The position numbers and the translations under genes are program-made. Of a DNA stretch of 64,000 bases, positions 32,829-41,821 are shown one piece after another. The stretch is from an uncultured delta proteobacterium (GTDB lineage: Bacteria > Myxococcota_A > UBA9160 > SZUA-336): the NCBI GenBank assembly GCA_963704165.1, contig CAVPHD010000009.1, positions 160,001-224,000 on the forward strand. Direction: 5' to 3'. The notes under the pieces were generated by a model, which was given only the letters and a program-made list of their open reading frames with translations, was not told the origin of the DNA and ran no database searches. How positions within the stretch are numbered: position 1 is the first letter of the stretch; each line of letters opens with the position of its first letter.

Positions 32829-33191
32829 TCAGGCGATGATGAAGTGGATCTTCAGGGCGAGGTACATCGAACCCTGGAAGCGGAGCTTCCCCTTCATCAC
32901 CGCGGTCGGCGCCTTGATCTCGCCCGCGTTCAGCATGCGCCACGTCTCGAGGTCGAGCGTGAGCACGAGGTCGGGCGCGTCGAGCCGGCCCTCGCCCCCG
33001 CGGATGCTCCCGTCGGAAAGCTCGAGGAAGAACGGGCCGCCGCCATCGCCGGTGAGCTCGAACTGGATCCGCGAATTCAGACCCGCGATCTTCGCGCGGC
33101 GCTCCGGGTCCGAGTTCACCGCTCCGGGAGCCCAGCTTCGAAAGAAGTCGACCGGGGCGATGTCTTCGGGCGGACGCGCGCGCTCAGTCAC
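32829..33191 (-). CDS. SCP2 sterol-binding domain protein
   Basis: IQFELTGDGGG...PDLVLT...AVMKGKLRFQG; GTG start at 33191. Confidence 0.85.
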   Translation of the reverse strand: MTERARPPEDIAPVDFFRSWAPGAVNSDPERRAKIAGLNSRIQFELTGDGGGPFFLELSDGSIRGGEGRLDAPDLVLTLDLETWRMLNAGEIKAPTAVMKGKLRFQGSMYLALKIHFIIA

Positions 33192-33200
33192 GCGCAAATT

Positions 33201-34475
33201 CTATCGCGTGTCTCCGTCCAGAGGGGTGCGGCCGAGGCCGCTCGGCGTCGCGCCGCCCCGCCCCAGGTAGAAGCCCTGCCCGAACTCGATGCCGAGCGAG
33301 CGAATCGTCGCGAGCTCCTGAGCGGTCTCGATGCCCTCGGCGATCACGTTCGCACCCATCTTCGCGGCGAGCGACTGAAGACCGCGAAGCACTTCCTGCT
33401 TCTCGGGGCTGTCTTCGATGCTGCGCACGAGCGACATGTCGATCTTCAGGAAGTCGGGCTGGAGCTCGAGCGCAGCCTCGAGACTCGAGAAGCCGGCCCC
33501 GGTGTCGTCGAGCGCGATCCGGAATCCCAGCCCCGAGAAGTAGTCGATCGCCTCGCGAAAGATCGGGAAGTTGGCGATCGCCTGGCGCTCGGAGATCTCG
33601 AGCACGAGATTTCTCGGACCGAGTCCGAGCCCGGCGAGCGTTTCGCGGACGTTCGCGGCCTGGAAGTCGGGATCCTGAATGCAGGTCGGCAGGATGTTGA
33701 GAAAGAGCAGCTGGTCCCCATCGATGCCGCGAGCGTTCGCGAGCGCGCGTCTGCGACACAAGCTGTCGAGTTCGTACTCGCGGTCGAAGAGCTCGGCCGT
33801 GGCGAAGAGCGCGCCCGGCGACTCGAGGCTCGTTCCGCTCGGGCCGCGCGAGAGCGCCTCGAATCCGAGGATGGCGTCCGTCGGAAGCCGCACGATCGGC
33901 TCGAAGACGGTCGTCACGGCCTGCTCGAGCAGGATCCTCTCGAGCATGCCCGCGCGATCTCGCCGGGTGTGCTCCTGTTCGAAGCGGGCATCCTCGAGCG
34001 TGATCTCGACGAGGTGGCGAAGCTGTGCCTCGGCGCGTTGGAACGGCCGGTGCAGCACGAAGCCCGTGCCGACCGCGAGCTCCGGCACGCCGTGCAGGTA
34101 CGGATAGACGACACGCTTCAACCCTTGCGCGGTCCACGCTCGAAGCTCGGCCGCGAGGCGAGGCAGGTCGTGCAGGAAGAAATCCGCATCGCTGCGCAGC
34201 CGCGGCATGAACACCAGGAGCTGCTCCTCCTCGAGCGCGCCCGAGGTGAGAATCATCTCGTCACCGACGTCTTCGGACACGAGTGCGGCCACGCGTTCGC
34301 TGAACGCCTTGATCACGCCGCGGAACACGCGGGGTCCGTGCAGCCGGTCGATCGCGAGCAGAGGAGATGCGTCGACCAGGAGCAGCCCGAGCGCGCCCTC
34401 CTTGACCAATCCACCGCAGATCTCGGAGAGACGTTCGCCGAGCGACGCCATGGGACGGGTACCGTATGGAGCCAT
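33201..34475 (-). CDS. EAL-domain c-di-GMP phosphodiesterase with degenerate GGDEF-like N-terminus
   Basis: FEPIV...GFEALSRGP, LFLNI, LEISE, IALDDTGAGFSSL, LKID, AEGIET, GQGF. Confidence 0.9.
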   Translation of the reverse strand: MAPYGTRPMASLGERLSEICGGLVKEGALGLLLVDASPLLAIDRLHGPRVFRGVIKAFSERVAALVSEDVGDEMILTSGALEEEQLLVFMPRLRSDADFFLHDLPRLAAELRAWTAQGLKRVVYPYLHGVPELAVGTGFVLHRPFQRAEAQLRHLVEITLEDARFEQEHTRRDRAGMLERILLEQAVTTVFEPIVRLPTDAILGFEALSRGPSGTSLESPGALFATAELFDREYELDSLCRRRALANARGIDGDQLLFLNILPTCIQDPDFQAANVRETLAGLGLGPRNLVLEISERQAIANFPIFREAIDYFSGLGFRIALDDTGAGFSSLEAALELQPDFLKIDMSLVRSIEDSPEKQEVLRGLQSLAAKMGANVIAEGIETAQELATIRSLGIEFGQGFYLGRGGATPSGLGRTPLDGDTR

Positions 34476-34614
34476 CAGCTACGCTCCACTCCGGGACTCG
34501 GCATCTGCGTCGTCGTCCGACAAGGGCACTTCGCGAAACCGCTGCATCCTCGAATGGATCGACCATCTGCTGCCGCGGCTTGACGCAAGGATCGTTGCCG
34601 ACGCGCGGGAGTCG

Positions 34615-34788
34615 CTAGTCGATCTCGTGGTGAATCAGCTCGTACAGCACGGTGAGCGTGATGTGATTCTCCGACTCACTCTGAACGACTTGCACGACTT
34701 GGCACGCCGTGGTCTCGAGGAACTTGTTGAGCTCTTCCTCGAGCTCTTTGGGCAAGCCACGAAAGACCCGACAGCGCAGCGACTGCAT
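34615..34788 (-). CDS. Small hypothetical protein (57 aa), Cse60/DUF2758-like pattern
   Basis: GGAGGT RBS before the ATG; MQSLRCRVFRGLPKELEEELNKFLETTACQVVQVVQSESENHITLTVLYELIHHEID. Confidence 0.7.
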   Translation of the reverse strand: MQSLRCRVFRGLPKELEEELNKFLETTACQVVQVVQSESENHITLTVLYELIHHEID

Positions 34789-34813
34789 GCACCATACCTC
34801 CGCGGAAGGGAAC

Positions 34814-35962
34814 TCAGCTCCGCGACACTTCCGGATCGACCGCAAGCGTCCAGGCCTCGATCCCTCCGGTAAGATTTTCGACGTTGCGAAAGCCATTCGA
34901 GCGCAGCAGCTGACACGCCCGCCGGCTTCGCCCCCCACTCTTGCAGTGGACCACGATCGGTCGCTCACGATACCGCTCGAGCTCCGGAAGCGATGCCTCC
35001 AGACTGCCGAGCGGAATGAGACGCGCCTCGGGAATCCTCGAGAGATCGGCTTCGAACGGCTCGCGAACGTCGAGCAGCAGCAGGTCGTCAGCCGCGTCGA
35101 GACGCGCGCGCAGCGCGATCGGCGAGATCTCGGGAACCTCGTCCGCGCTCGCGTCGTCGGGGCGCCCGGCGCAGAAGGCCGCGTAGTCGATCGGTGTCGT
35201 GATCGTCGGCTTCTCGCCGCAGACCGCGCAGGCGGGATCCTTCGGCACACGGAAGCGACGAAACTCCATTCCGAGCGCGTCGTAGACGAGCAAGCGACCG
35301 ATCAGCGGCTCACCCGCTCCGAGCAGAAGCTTCAGCGCCTCCGTCGCCTGAAGCATCCCGATCACGCCCGGCAGAACGCCCAGGACTCCCGCCTCGGCGC
35401 AGTTGGGCGCGAGCTCGGGTGGCGGCGGCTCGGCGAACAGGCAGCGGTAACAGGGTCCGGTTCGCGCGTCGAAGACGGACACCTGTCCCTCGAACTTCAT
35501 CACGCTGCCGTAGACGAGCGGCTTGCCGAGCCAGACGCAGAGGTCATTCGTGAGATAGCGGCTCGGGAACGTGTCGGTGCCGTCGAGCACGACGTCGTAG
35601 TCGGCGATCAGTTCGCGCGCGTTGGACGCTTCGAGCTTCAGCGGATGCACCTGCACGTCGACGTCGGGATTCAGCGCACGAAGGCGCGTCGCGGCAACGG
35701 ACACTTTCGGCTCGCCCACATCGCGCGTGCCGTACAGGATCTGCCGCTGCAGGTTCGAGGCATCGACGCGGTCGAAGTCCACGAGGCCGAGCCGACCGAC
35801 GCCCGCGGCCGCCAGGTACAGGGCCGCGGGTGAGCCCAGCCCCCCCGCGCCGACGACCAGCACGCTCGACGCGAGCAGCTTCTCCTGGCCCTCGACCCCG
35901 ACGCCGTCGAGCAGCAGATGCCGCTTGTAGCGCTCGAGCTGCGCGGGTGCGAGCGGACTCAT
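34814..35962 (-). CDS. moeB: MoeB/ThiF adenylyltransferase with rhodanese domain (MoeZ type)
   Basis: RYKRHL, GAGGLGSP, SNLQRQ, CYRC...CAVC, rhodanese CKSGGRS. Confidence 0.93.
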   Translation of the reverse strand: MSPLAPAQLERYKRHLLLDGVGVEGQEKLLASSVLVVGAGGLGSPAALYLAAAGVGRLGLVDFDRVDASNLQRQILYGTRDVGEPKVSVAATRLRALNPDVDVQVHPLKLEASNARELIADYDVVLDGTDTFPSRYLTNDLCVWLGKPLVYGSVMKFEGQVSVFDARTGPCYRCLFAEPPPPELAPNCAEAGVLGVLPGVIGMLQATEALKLLLGAGEPLIGRLLVYDALGMEFRRFRVPKDPACAVCGEKPTITTPIDYAAFCAGRPDDASADEVPEISPIALRARLDAADDLLLLDVREPFEADLSRIPEARLIPLGSLEASLPELERYRERPIVVHCKSGGRSRRACQLLRSNGFRNVENLTGGIEAWTLAVDPEVSRS

Positions 35963-36008
35963 GAACCCGAGGTTAGCACCCTGCTCCGGGCGCCGAAAAC
36001 GCGCGCGA

Positions 36009-38129
36009 TTACGCGTCCGGAGCCTTCGAGAGATGCAGCGCGATCGTCTCGAGCAGGATCACGCGCTCGATCGGCTTGGTCGCGAACGCGTCGCAGCCCG
36101 CTTCGAGGCAGCGCTGCCGCTCGGACGGAAGCGCGTGCGCGGTCAGCGCGATGATCGGTCCGGTATAGCCACTCGCGCGCAGCCGGCGTGTCGCTTCGTA
36201 GCCGTCGAGAACCGGCATCTGCACGTCCATCAGGATCACCCGGAACGGACTGCCTTCCTCGACGGCGGCGAGCGCGAGCTCGACACCGACCTCGCCGTTG
36301 TCCGCGGTCGTCACGTCGAAGCCAGCGCGCTCGAGGACGTGACGGATCACGCGTTGGTTGTCGAGTCCGTCCTCGACCATCAGGACGCGTCCGCTCGCGC
36401 GCAGCGTCGACAGCGCACGGCGCATGCGCCCGGTGCTCGGGGTATCCGATTCCAGCACGTTGCTCTCGCCCGTCGTCTCGTTCACAGGATGCCCCGGAAC
36501 GCGGACGGTGAACTCGCTTCCCTGCCCGACCACGCTCGTCGCCGTGATCCCGCCGCCGAGCAGCTCGACGATGCGCTTGGTGATCGCGAGTCCGAGTCCG
36601 GTGCCGCCGAATCGCCGCGTCATCGAGCTGTCGCCCTGGCGGAACGGCTCGAAGATCTCGACGAGCGCTTCCTGGGAGATGCCGATCCCGGTGTCTTTGA
36701 CGATGAACTCGAGCGTTCGATCCTCTTGGTCGTAGCGCACCTTCACTCGGACCTCGCCCGCCGCCGTGAACTTCACGGCGTTCCCGACCAGGTTCAGCAG
36801 GACCTGCCGCAGGCGAACCGGATCCGAGATGAGCCGGTCGGGGATCGGGCCGTCGAGATCGAGCAGGAGCCGGACGCGCTTCTCGTTCGCGCGGTTGCGG
36901 AGCAGGTCGACGACATCGCCGAGGATCCGGGCCGGCGCACATGGCACCTCTTCGATTTCGAGCCGGTTCGCCTCGAACTTCGCGAAGTCGAGGATGTCAT
37001 TCAGGATCTCGAGGAGGTAGGCGCCGTTGCGACGGATCGTCCGGAGCGCGTCGCGACGCTCGATCTCGGTCGTCGCCTCGTCCTCGAGGAGGATGTCGGT
37101 GAAACCGAGGATCGCCGTCATTGGCGTTCGGATCTCGTGACTCATGTTGGCGAGGAACTCGGTCTTCGCCGCGGCCGCCTGCTCGGCCTTTCGCCGAGCA
37201 CGCTCGAGATCCGCGTTCGCGCGCTCGAGCGCGCGTGCGTAGCCGCGCAGACGTTGCTCCTCCCGACGACGCCGCTCGATGTCGCGGAGTACGACCGTGT
37301 GCAGGCGTTTGCCCGCCAGCTCGAACGAGCCGATCGTGACCGACACCGGAACGGTCGTGCCATCGGGAGCATGGGCGGTGAGCTCGAGCTGCGCTCCGGA
37401 ATCGAACGCGGAGTTCGCATCACCGCAGCCGATCTCGCGCACCGCGCTCTCGAGCGCCGGCAGGAGCTCCGAAAGCGCGGAACCCGCGAGCCAGGCCGGA
37501 TCGGTCCGGAAGAGCGCGCAGGCCGAAGCGTTGTGGAAGGCGACGGTACCGTCGCTGCGGACCACCACCATCGCATCGCTCATCGATTCGAGAATCCCGC
37601 GAGTCAGCGCTTCGCTCTCCTCGAGCTCCGCGGCGAAGCGCATCTGCATCAGCTCGGTCGCCGCGCGCGCTGCGCTGCTGCGAAGGATCGCGGCGTCGTC
37701 CGCCGCCGCGGGCAGTCGGCCGTCGTGCATGGCGCTCAGCACGCCGATCACCTGGCCGTCGGCGGCGAAGACGACCGCCCCGGCATAGCCGCGAATGCCC
37801 TGCTCGCGCAAGACCGCGTCGTCGGGGAAGACCTCCTGGACTCGATCGCGGAAGACGGCGAACTCCGCACCGATCGCGTCGGCACAGGCGCTGCCGACGA
37901 GCGGATACCGGTGTCCGGACGTGACCCTCGTACCGTCCCAGAACGCGATGGTCTCGAGCTGGTCGTCATCCTGCAGGACCGAGAAGCGCGCGAACCGCGT
38001 TCCAAGCGCCTGGGCCAGCCCCTTCACCAGCGCCGGAAATAGAGCCTTGCCGCGCGCTTGCGAGGTGTCCTCGAGAAGCACACGAATGCGCTGCTCCGCC
38101 TTCCCGTCGGCTGCGGTTCGTTGTCTCAT
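36009..38129 (-). CDS. Hybrid sensor histidine kinase (GAF-PAS-HisKA-HATPase-REC)
   Basis: FLANMSHEIRTP, NLVGNAVKFT, DTGIGI, GGTGLGL, receiver ILMDVQMP...KP. Confidence 0.93.
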   Translation of the reverse strand: MRQRTAADGKAEQRIRVLLEDTSQARGKALFPALVKGLAQALGTRFARFSVLQDDDQLETIAFWDGTRVTSGHRYPLVGSACADAIGAEFAVFRDRVQEVFPDDAVLREQGIRGYAGAVVFAADGQVIGVLSAMHDGRLPAAADDAAILRSSAARAATELMQMRFAAELEESEALTRGILESMSDAMVVVRSDGTVAFHNASACALFRTDPAWLAGSALSELLPALESAVREIGCGDANSAFDSGAQLELTAHAPDGTTVPVSVTIGSFELAGKRLHTVVLRDIERRRREEQRLRGYARALERANADLERARRKAEQAAAAKTEFLANMSHEIRTPMTAILGFTDILLEDEATTEIERRDALRTIRRNGAYLLEILNDILDFAKFEANRLEIEEVPCAPARILGDVVDLLRNRANEKRVRLLLDLDGPIPDRLISDPVRLRQVLLNLVGNAVKFTAAGEVRVKVRYDQEDRTLEFIVKDTGIGISQEALVEIFEPFRQGDSSMTRRFGGTGLGLAITKRIVELLGGGITATSVVGQGSEFTVRVPGHPVNETTGESNVLESDTPSTGRMRRALSTLRASGRVLMVEDGLDNQRVIRHVLERAGFDVTTADNGEVGVELALAAVEEGSPFRVILMDVQMPVLDGYEATRRLRASGYTGPIIALTAHALPSERQRCLEAGCDAFATKPIERVILLETIALHLSKAPDA

Positions 38130-38304
38130 TCGTATCGTTCCGCCAGAGATCTAGTTCGGTCGGCGGCGATCGCCGCTGAACGCCACGGCCCTCCCGAACT
38201 CCGGCGTCGGCACGGAGGGCGAGCCGGTGCATCGCTGACCCAGTTGGCGCGGCGGCGTGACACGGGGCGACGAGCGTGCGGTCTCGACTCGCGAAGGTCG
38301 CGTT

Positions 38305-38387
38305 TGCCGGAGGCGGGAATCGAACCCGCACGCCTTTTGGGCACGCGATTTTGAGTCGCGCGCGTCTGCCAGTTCCGCCACTCCGGC
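38305..38387 (-). tRNA. tRNA-Leu (CAA), CCA not encoded
   Basis: Reverse complement GCCGGAG...CGCGA-CTCAAAA-TCGCG...GCGGGTTCGATTCCCGC-CTCCGGCA with a long variable arm. Confidence 0.95.
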
Positions 38388-38415
38388 CGGGCGCGCAGTC
38401 TAGCGCATCGCCTGC

Positions 38416-38444
38416 TTGACCCTCTCCCCCCTCGCGGGTAGCCT
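38416..38444 (+). promoter_or_regulatory. sigma70-type promoter of tRNA-Ala
   Basis: TTGACC-N17-TAGCCT ending 16 nt before the tRNA 5' end. Confidence 0.6.
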
Positions 38445-38460
38445 CCGCCGCGACCGACGT

Positions 38461-38536
38461 GGGGCTGTAGCTCAGCTGGGAGAGCGCCTGAATGGCATTC
38501 AGGAGGTCGGCGGTTCGATCCCGCTCAGCTCCACCA
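38461..38536 (+). tRNA. tRNA-Ala (GGC)
   Basis: GGGGCTG...CCTGA-ATGGCAT-TCAGG...GGTTCGATCC...CAGCTCCACCA, 76 nt, G3:U70 pair. Confidence 0.97.
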
Positions 38537-38626
38537 TCGGCCGAGCGACTCGCTGACACGGTCCGATGCCCCGCGCATACTTCGAGAATGCGCGCGCGCC
38601 ATCTGACGGAGCCGAGGTAGCCGCGG

Positions 38627-39343
38627 ATGTGCGGGCGGTACACGCTGCACACCGAGAAGGAAGCGCTGGCTGCGCGCTTCGACTTCGATCCCGACGACCT
38701 CGAGGCGCTCGCACCTCGCTACAACCTGGCACCTACACAGAATGCGGTCACCGTGCGAACCGATCGGGGCGGCCGCGTGGGCTCGTTCATGCGCTGGGGA
38801 CTCGTGCCGTCCTGGGCCAAGGCGCTGTCGGGGCTGCCGCAGATGATCAATGCGCGTGTCGAGGGCGTCGAGACCAAGCCCTCGTTCCGGGTGCCGTTCC
38901 GCCGCCAGCGCTGCCTGATCCCCGCCGACGGCTTCTACGAGTGGCAGGCGCCGATCCCGCCGGCGAAGCGGAAGATCCCGCACCTGATCGGGCTCGCGAG
39001 CGGAGAGGTCTTCGCGATGGCCGGGCTCTGGTCGGTCTGGCAGCCAAAGGGCGTCGAGGACACCGACCCGCTCTACTCGTGCGCGATCCTGACCACCGCA
39101 GCGAACGACGCCGTGCGCGGGATCCACGCGCGCATGCCGGTCATCCTGCCGCGCATGTCCGAGTCCGCTTGGCTCGACCCCGAGCTCGACGGGAACGTCG
39201 AGGCGTTGCTCGCCCTGCTCGCGCCGATCGACGCCGCCGAACTGCGCGCGCATCCGATCTCGACGCGCGTGAACTCGGTGAGAAACGACGATCCCTCGCT
39301 GCTCGCGCTCGCGACGGACGACCCGCAGCTCGGCTTTCTCTAG
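38627..39343 (+). CDS. SOS response-associated peptidase (SRAP/YedK, abasic-site processing)
   Basis: N-terminal MCGRY, RYNLAPTQ, WGLVP, INAR, GFYEW, IHARMPVIL. Confidence 0.94.
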   Translation: MCGRYTLHTEKEALAARFDFDPDDLEALAPRYNLAPTQNAVTVRTDRGGRVGSFMRWGLVPSWAKALSGLPQMINARVEGVETKPSFRVPFRRQRCLIPADGFYEWQAPIPPAKRKIPHLIGLASGEVFAMAGLWSVWQPKGVEDTDPLYSCAILTTAANDAVRGIHARMPVILPRMSESAWLDPELDGNVEALLALLAPIDAAELRAHPISTRVNSVRNDDPSLLALATDDPQLGFL

Positions 39344-40332
39344 CGCGCGGCCTCGTCCACCTGCAGCACGACCTTGCCGAAGTGCGCGCTCGATTCGACC
39401 CGGTCGTGCGCGGCCTGCGCGTCGCGGAGCGGCAGGACCCGGTCGACGATCGGGCGCAGCGCGCCGCGCTCGAGCGCCGCGCCGAAGCGCGCGAGGAATC
39501 CGCGCACGAGCTCGGCCTTCTCGGCGACGGGACGCGCGCGCAGCGTCGAGCCGATGATCGAGAGGCGCTTCGCGAGCAGGATGCCGAGGTTGAGCTCGGC
39601 CTTGGCGCCCCCCATGAGCCCGATCAGCACGAGTCGGCCGCCGACGCAAAGGCACGTCAGGTGCTGCGAGAGGTACGGCGCGCCGATCGAGTCGAGAACG
39701 ACGTCGACTCCCTGGCCTCCGGTCTTCTCCAGAACCGCGGGCGCGAACTCGCCCTTCGAGTAGTCGAGCGCGACGTCGGCGCCGAGCTCGCGGCAGCGCG
39801 CGCACTTGGCCTCGCTTCCGGCGGTGACGATCGAGCGCACGCCCGCCTCGCGGAGCAGCTGGATCGCGGCGGTGCCGATGCCGCTGCCCCCGCCGTGCAC
39901 CAGCGCCCAGCCGCCGGCGGACGCCTGGGCGAGCTGGAACAAGTTCAAGTGACAGGTGAGGAAGACTTCGGGAATGGCTGCAGCTTCGACCAGGGAAATG
40001 CCCGAAGGCACAGGCATCACCGAGCCTGCGTCGACGCAGGCCTCTTCCGCGTAGCCTCCGCCCGCGAGCAGCGCCATGACCCTTGAGCCGGGGGCGAAGC
40101 TCCGGACCCCGCTCGCGACCTCGAGCACGGTCCCGGCGCACTCGAGCCCGAGCACGGGGGACGCGCCGGGCGGCGGCGGGTAGAGCCCGCGTCGCTGCAT
40201 CAGGTCGGCGCGATTCACGGCGCTCGCCGCGATCGCGATGCGCAGCTCGCCGGGGCGGAGCTCCGGACGCGGGGCTTCGCCGAGCACGAGCCTGGACGAC
40301 TTGCCCTCGCCCTCGATCACGATCGCCTTCAC
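39340..40332 (-). CDS. NAD(P)H-quinone oxidoreductase (PIG3-like MDR)
   Basis: VNRADL, YPPPPGAS, HGGGSGIG, GSTLRAR, HFGKVVL. Confidence 0.93.
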   Translation of the reverse strand: MKAIVIEGEGKSSRLVLGEAPRPELRPGELRIAIAASAVNRADLMQRRGLYPPPPGASPVLGLECAGTVLEVASGVRSFAPGSRVMALLAGGGYAEEACVDAGSVMPVPSGISLVEAAAIPEVFLTCHLNLFQLAQASAGGWALVHGGGSGIGTAAIQLLREAGVRSIVTAGSEAKCARCRELGADVALDYSKGEFAPAVLEKTGGQGVDVVLDSIGAPYLSQHLTCLCVGGRLVLIGLMGGAKAELNLGILLAKRLSIIGSTLRARPVAEKAELVRGFLARFGAALERGALRPIVDRVLPLRDAQAAHDRVESSAHFGKVVLQVDEAAR

Positions 40333-40378
40333 TCCGGTCCCTCCCGCAACGCGGAGCCGACATTACTATCCTGCCCGC

Positions 40379-41101
40379 ATGCGCGCGATCGAACTTCTCG
40401 GACGCCACTGGCCGGAGCTCGGCCCGCTCGCGCTCGTCGAACTCGACGGCGGCGGCGCGCTCGCCCTCTCCCGCGGCGCCGAGCCGAAGACCTACGCCTA
40501 CAAGGATCCGAACGAGGACGCCGCGCTTCTCGTCCGGCTGCCCGAAGGCGTGCTGCTCGCGGTCGCCGACGGCTTCAACGGTGTCGAGGCGGCGGAGCGG
40601 GTCATCGCGAGGGCGCGCGCGCTTGCGGAGCCGCTCGTGCTCGCGAGTGGCGACGCGTTCTGCGCGAAGGTCCTCGAGCTGCTCGAAGACGTGCGCAGCC
40701 GGCTTCCGAGCGGCAGCGAGTCGAGGTCCTGCCTCGTGCTCGCCGCCCTGCGCGGGACGAACTGCGAGCTGGCGAGCTTCGGTGACGCGTTCGCGTTCCG
40801 CGCCGGCTCCCCGCTCCCGCTGATGGCGCCGAACACGATTCTCGTCGGCAGCGAACGCGGTCCGCACGGAATCTCTCCGGCCCGCTGGTACACGCGCTTC
40901 GAGCGCGCGCCTCGCGAGCGGGTCGCGCTCGTCTCGGACGGCGTGATCAACTTCACGCCCGACCCGTCGCTGATCCCGGGCTCGCTCGCCGGCTTCGCGA
41001 CGGATCTCGAGTGCGCGCGTGAGCTCGCGCTCGCGGCGCTTCGCGCGGGTGCCGCCGACAACATCTCGGTCGCAGCGTTTGCGGGCGACGCCGGCCTGTG
41101 A
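40379..41101 (+). CDS. PP2C/SpoIIE-like phosphatase
   Basis: NEDA, AVADGFNG, SFGD, LVSDGV, DNISV metal-binding motifs. Confidence 0.8.
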   Translation: MRAIELLGRHWPELGPLALVELDGGGALALSRGAEPKTYAYKDPNEDAALLVRLPEGVLLAVADGFNGVEAAERVIARARALAEPLVLASGDAFCAKVLELLEDVRSRLPSGSESRSCLVLAALRGTNCELASFGDAFAFRAGSPLPLMAPNTILVGSERGPHGISPARWYTRFERAPRERVALVSDGVINFTPDPSLIPGSLAGFATDLECARELALAALRAGAADNISVAAFAGDAGL

Positions 41102-41123
41102 GAGCTTCGTCCGGGGAGTCGTG

Positions 41124-41519
41124 ATGGCACTCAGGGTCAAGGGAATCCAGCACCTCAATCTGCGCGTCGAGGATCTGAAACGCGCGCGCGATTTCTACGT
41201 CGACGCGCTCGGCTTCCGTTTCGCGTTCGCGAAGGGGACGACGCTCTGGATCGAGGCTGGCGGAGATCTGATCGGGCTCACGCAAGGCGACTCCCAGGCC
41301 GCAGCCGGGCATCCGGCGCAGCACTTCGGCTTTCGAGTGGACGCGCCGGGCGACGTCGACGCGTGGCTCGAGCAGTTGCGCGCGCACGGCGTCGTTCCCG
41401 AGAAGGGACCCTACGATCGCTCCGACGGCCGCTCGTTCTACTTCCGCGACCCCGACGGCCACCTGCTCGAGATCTTCTACGTGGATCCGTCGTTCCTTCC
41501 GGAGCCGTCTCGCGCCTGA
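41124..41519 (+). CDS. VOC/glyoxalase family protein
   Basis: HLNLRVEDL...FY...LGF, HFGF, FYFRDPDGHLLE. Confidence 0.9.
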   Translation: MALRVKGIQHLNLRVEDLKRARDFYVDALGFRFAFAKGTTLWIEAGGDLIGLTQGDSQAAAGHPAQHFGFRVDAPGDVDAWLEQLRAHGVVPEKGPYDRSDGRSFYFRDPDGHLLEIFYVDPSFLPEPSRA

Positions 41520-41821
41520 GACGTCCCGTTCCCGGGACACGCATCGGCAGGCGCACGTGGCGCGGCGCGCATCGCACCCGCCCCGCGCGCGGAGATCGCC
41601 GGGAAGCTGCCCGTCCGTGCGACGGCAGCAAGCGCATTCGCGCGCGCAGCTCGTCGGCAGCTCCGCGCAACTCGGTCCCGTCGCTGGGACCGGCCTGCCG
41701 GCGGCAATCCGCTCGCAGCATCCACGCAGCTCGAGAGCTTCTCCCGCGCGAAACGTCGGAGGTCCGCGAGCCCGGCGCGCGATCGCGGCGCCGGGCACGA
41801 GCCTTGAACTGAACACCGTCC

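Noticed and set aside
35972..35995. TTAGCACC resembling a CIRCE half-site
   Set aside because: The second half (GAGTGCTAA) is absent and it lies at moeB, not at the chaperone genes; better explained as the minus-strand -10 element.
32373..38536. Genomic island between selC and tRNA-Leu/Ala
   Set aside because: No integrase, no duplicated tRNA 3' end seen and no evident compositional shift; contents are ordinary housekeeping and signalling genes.
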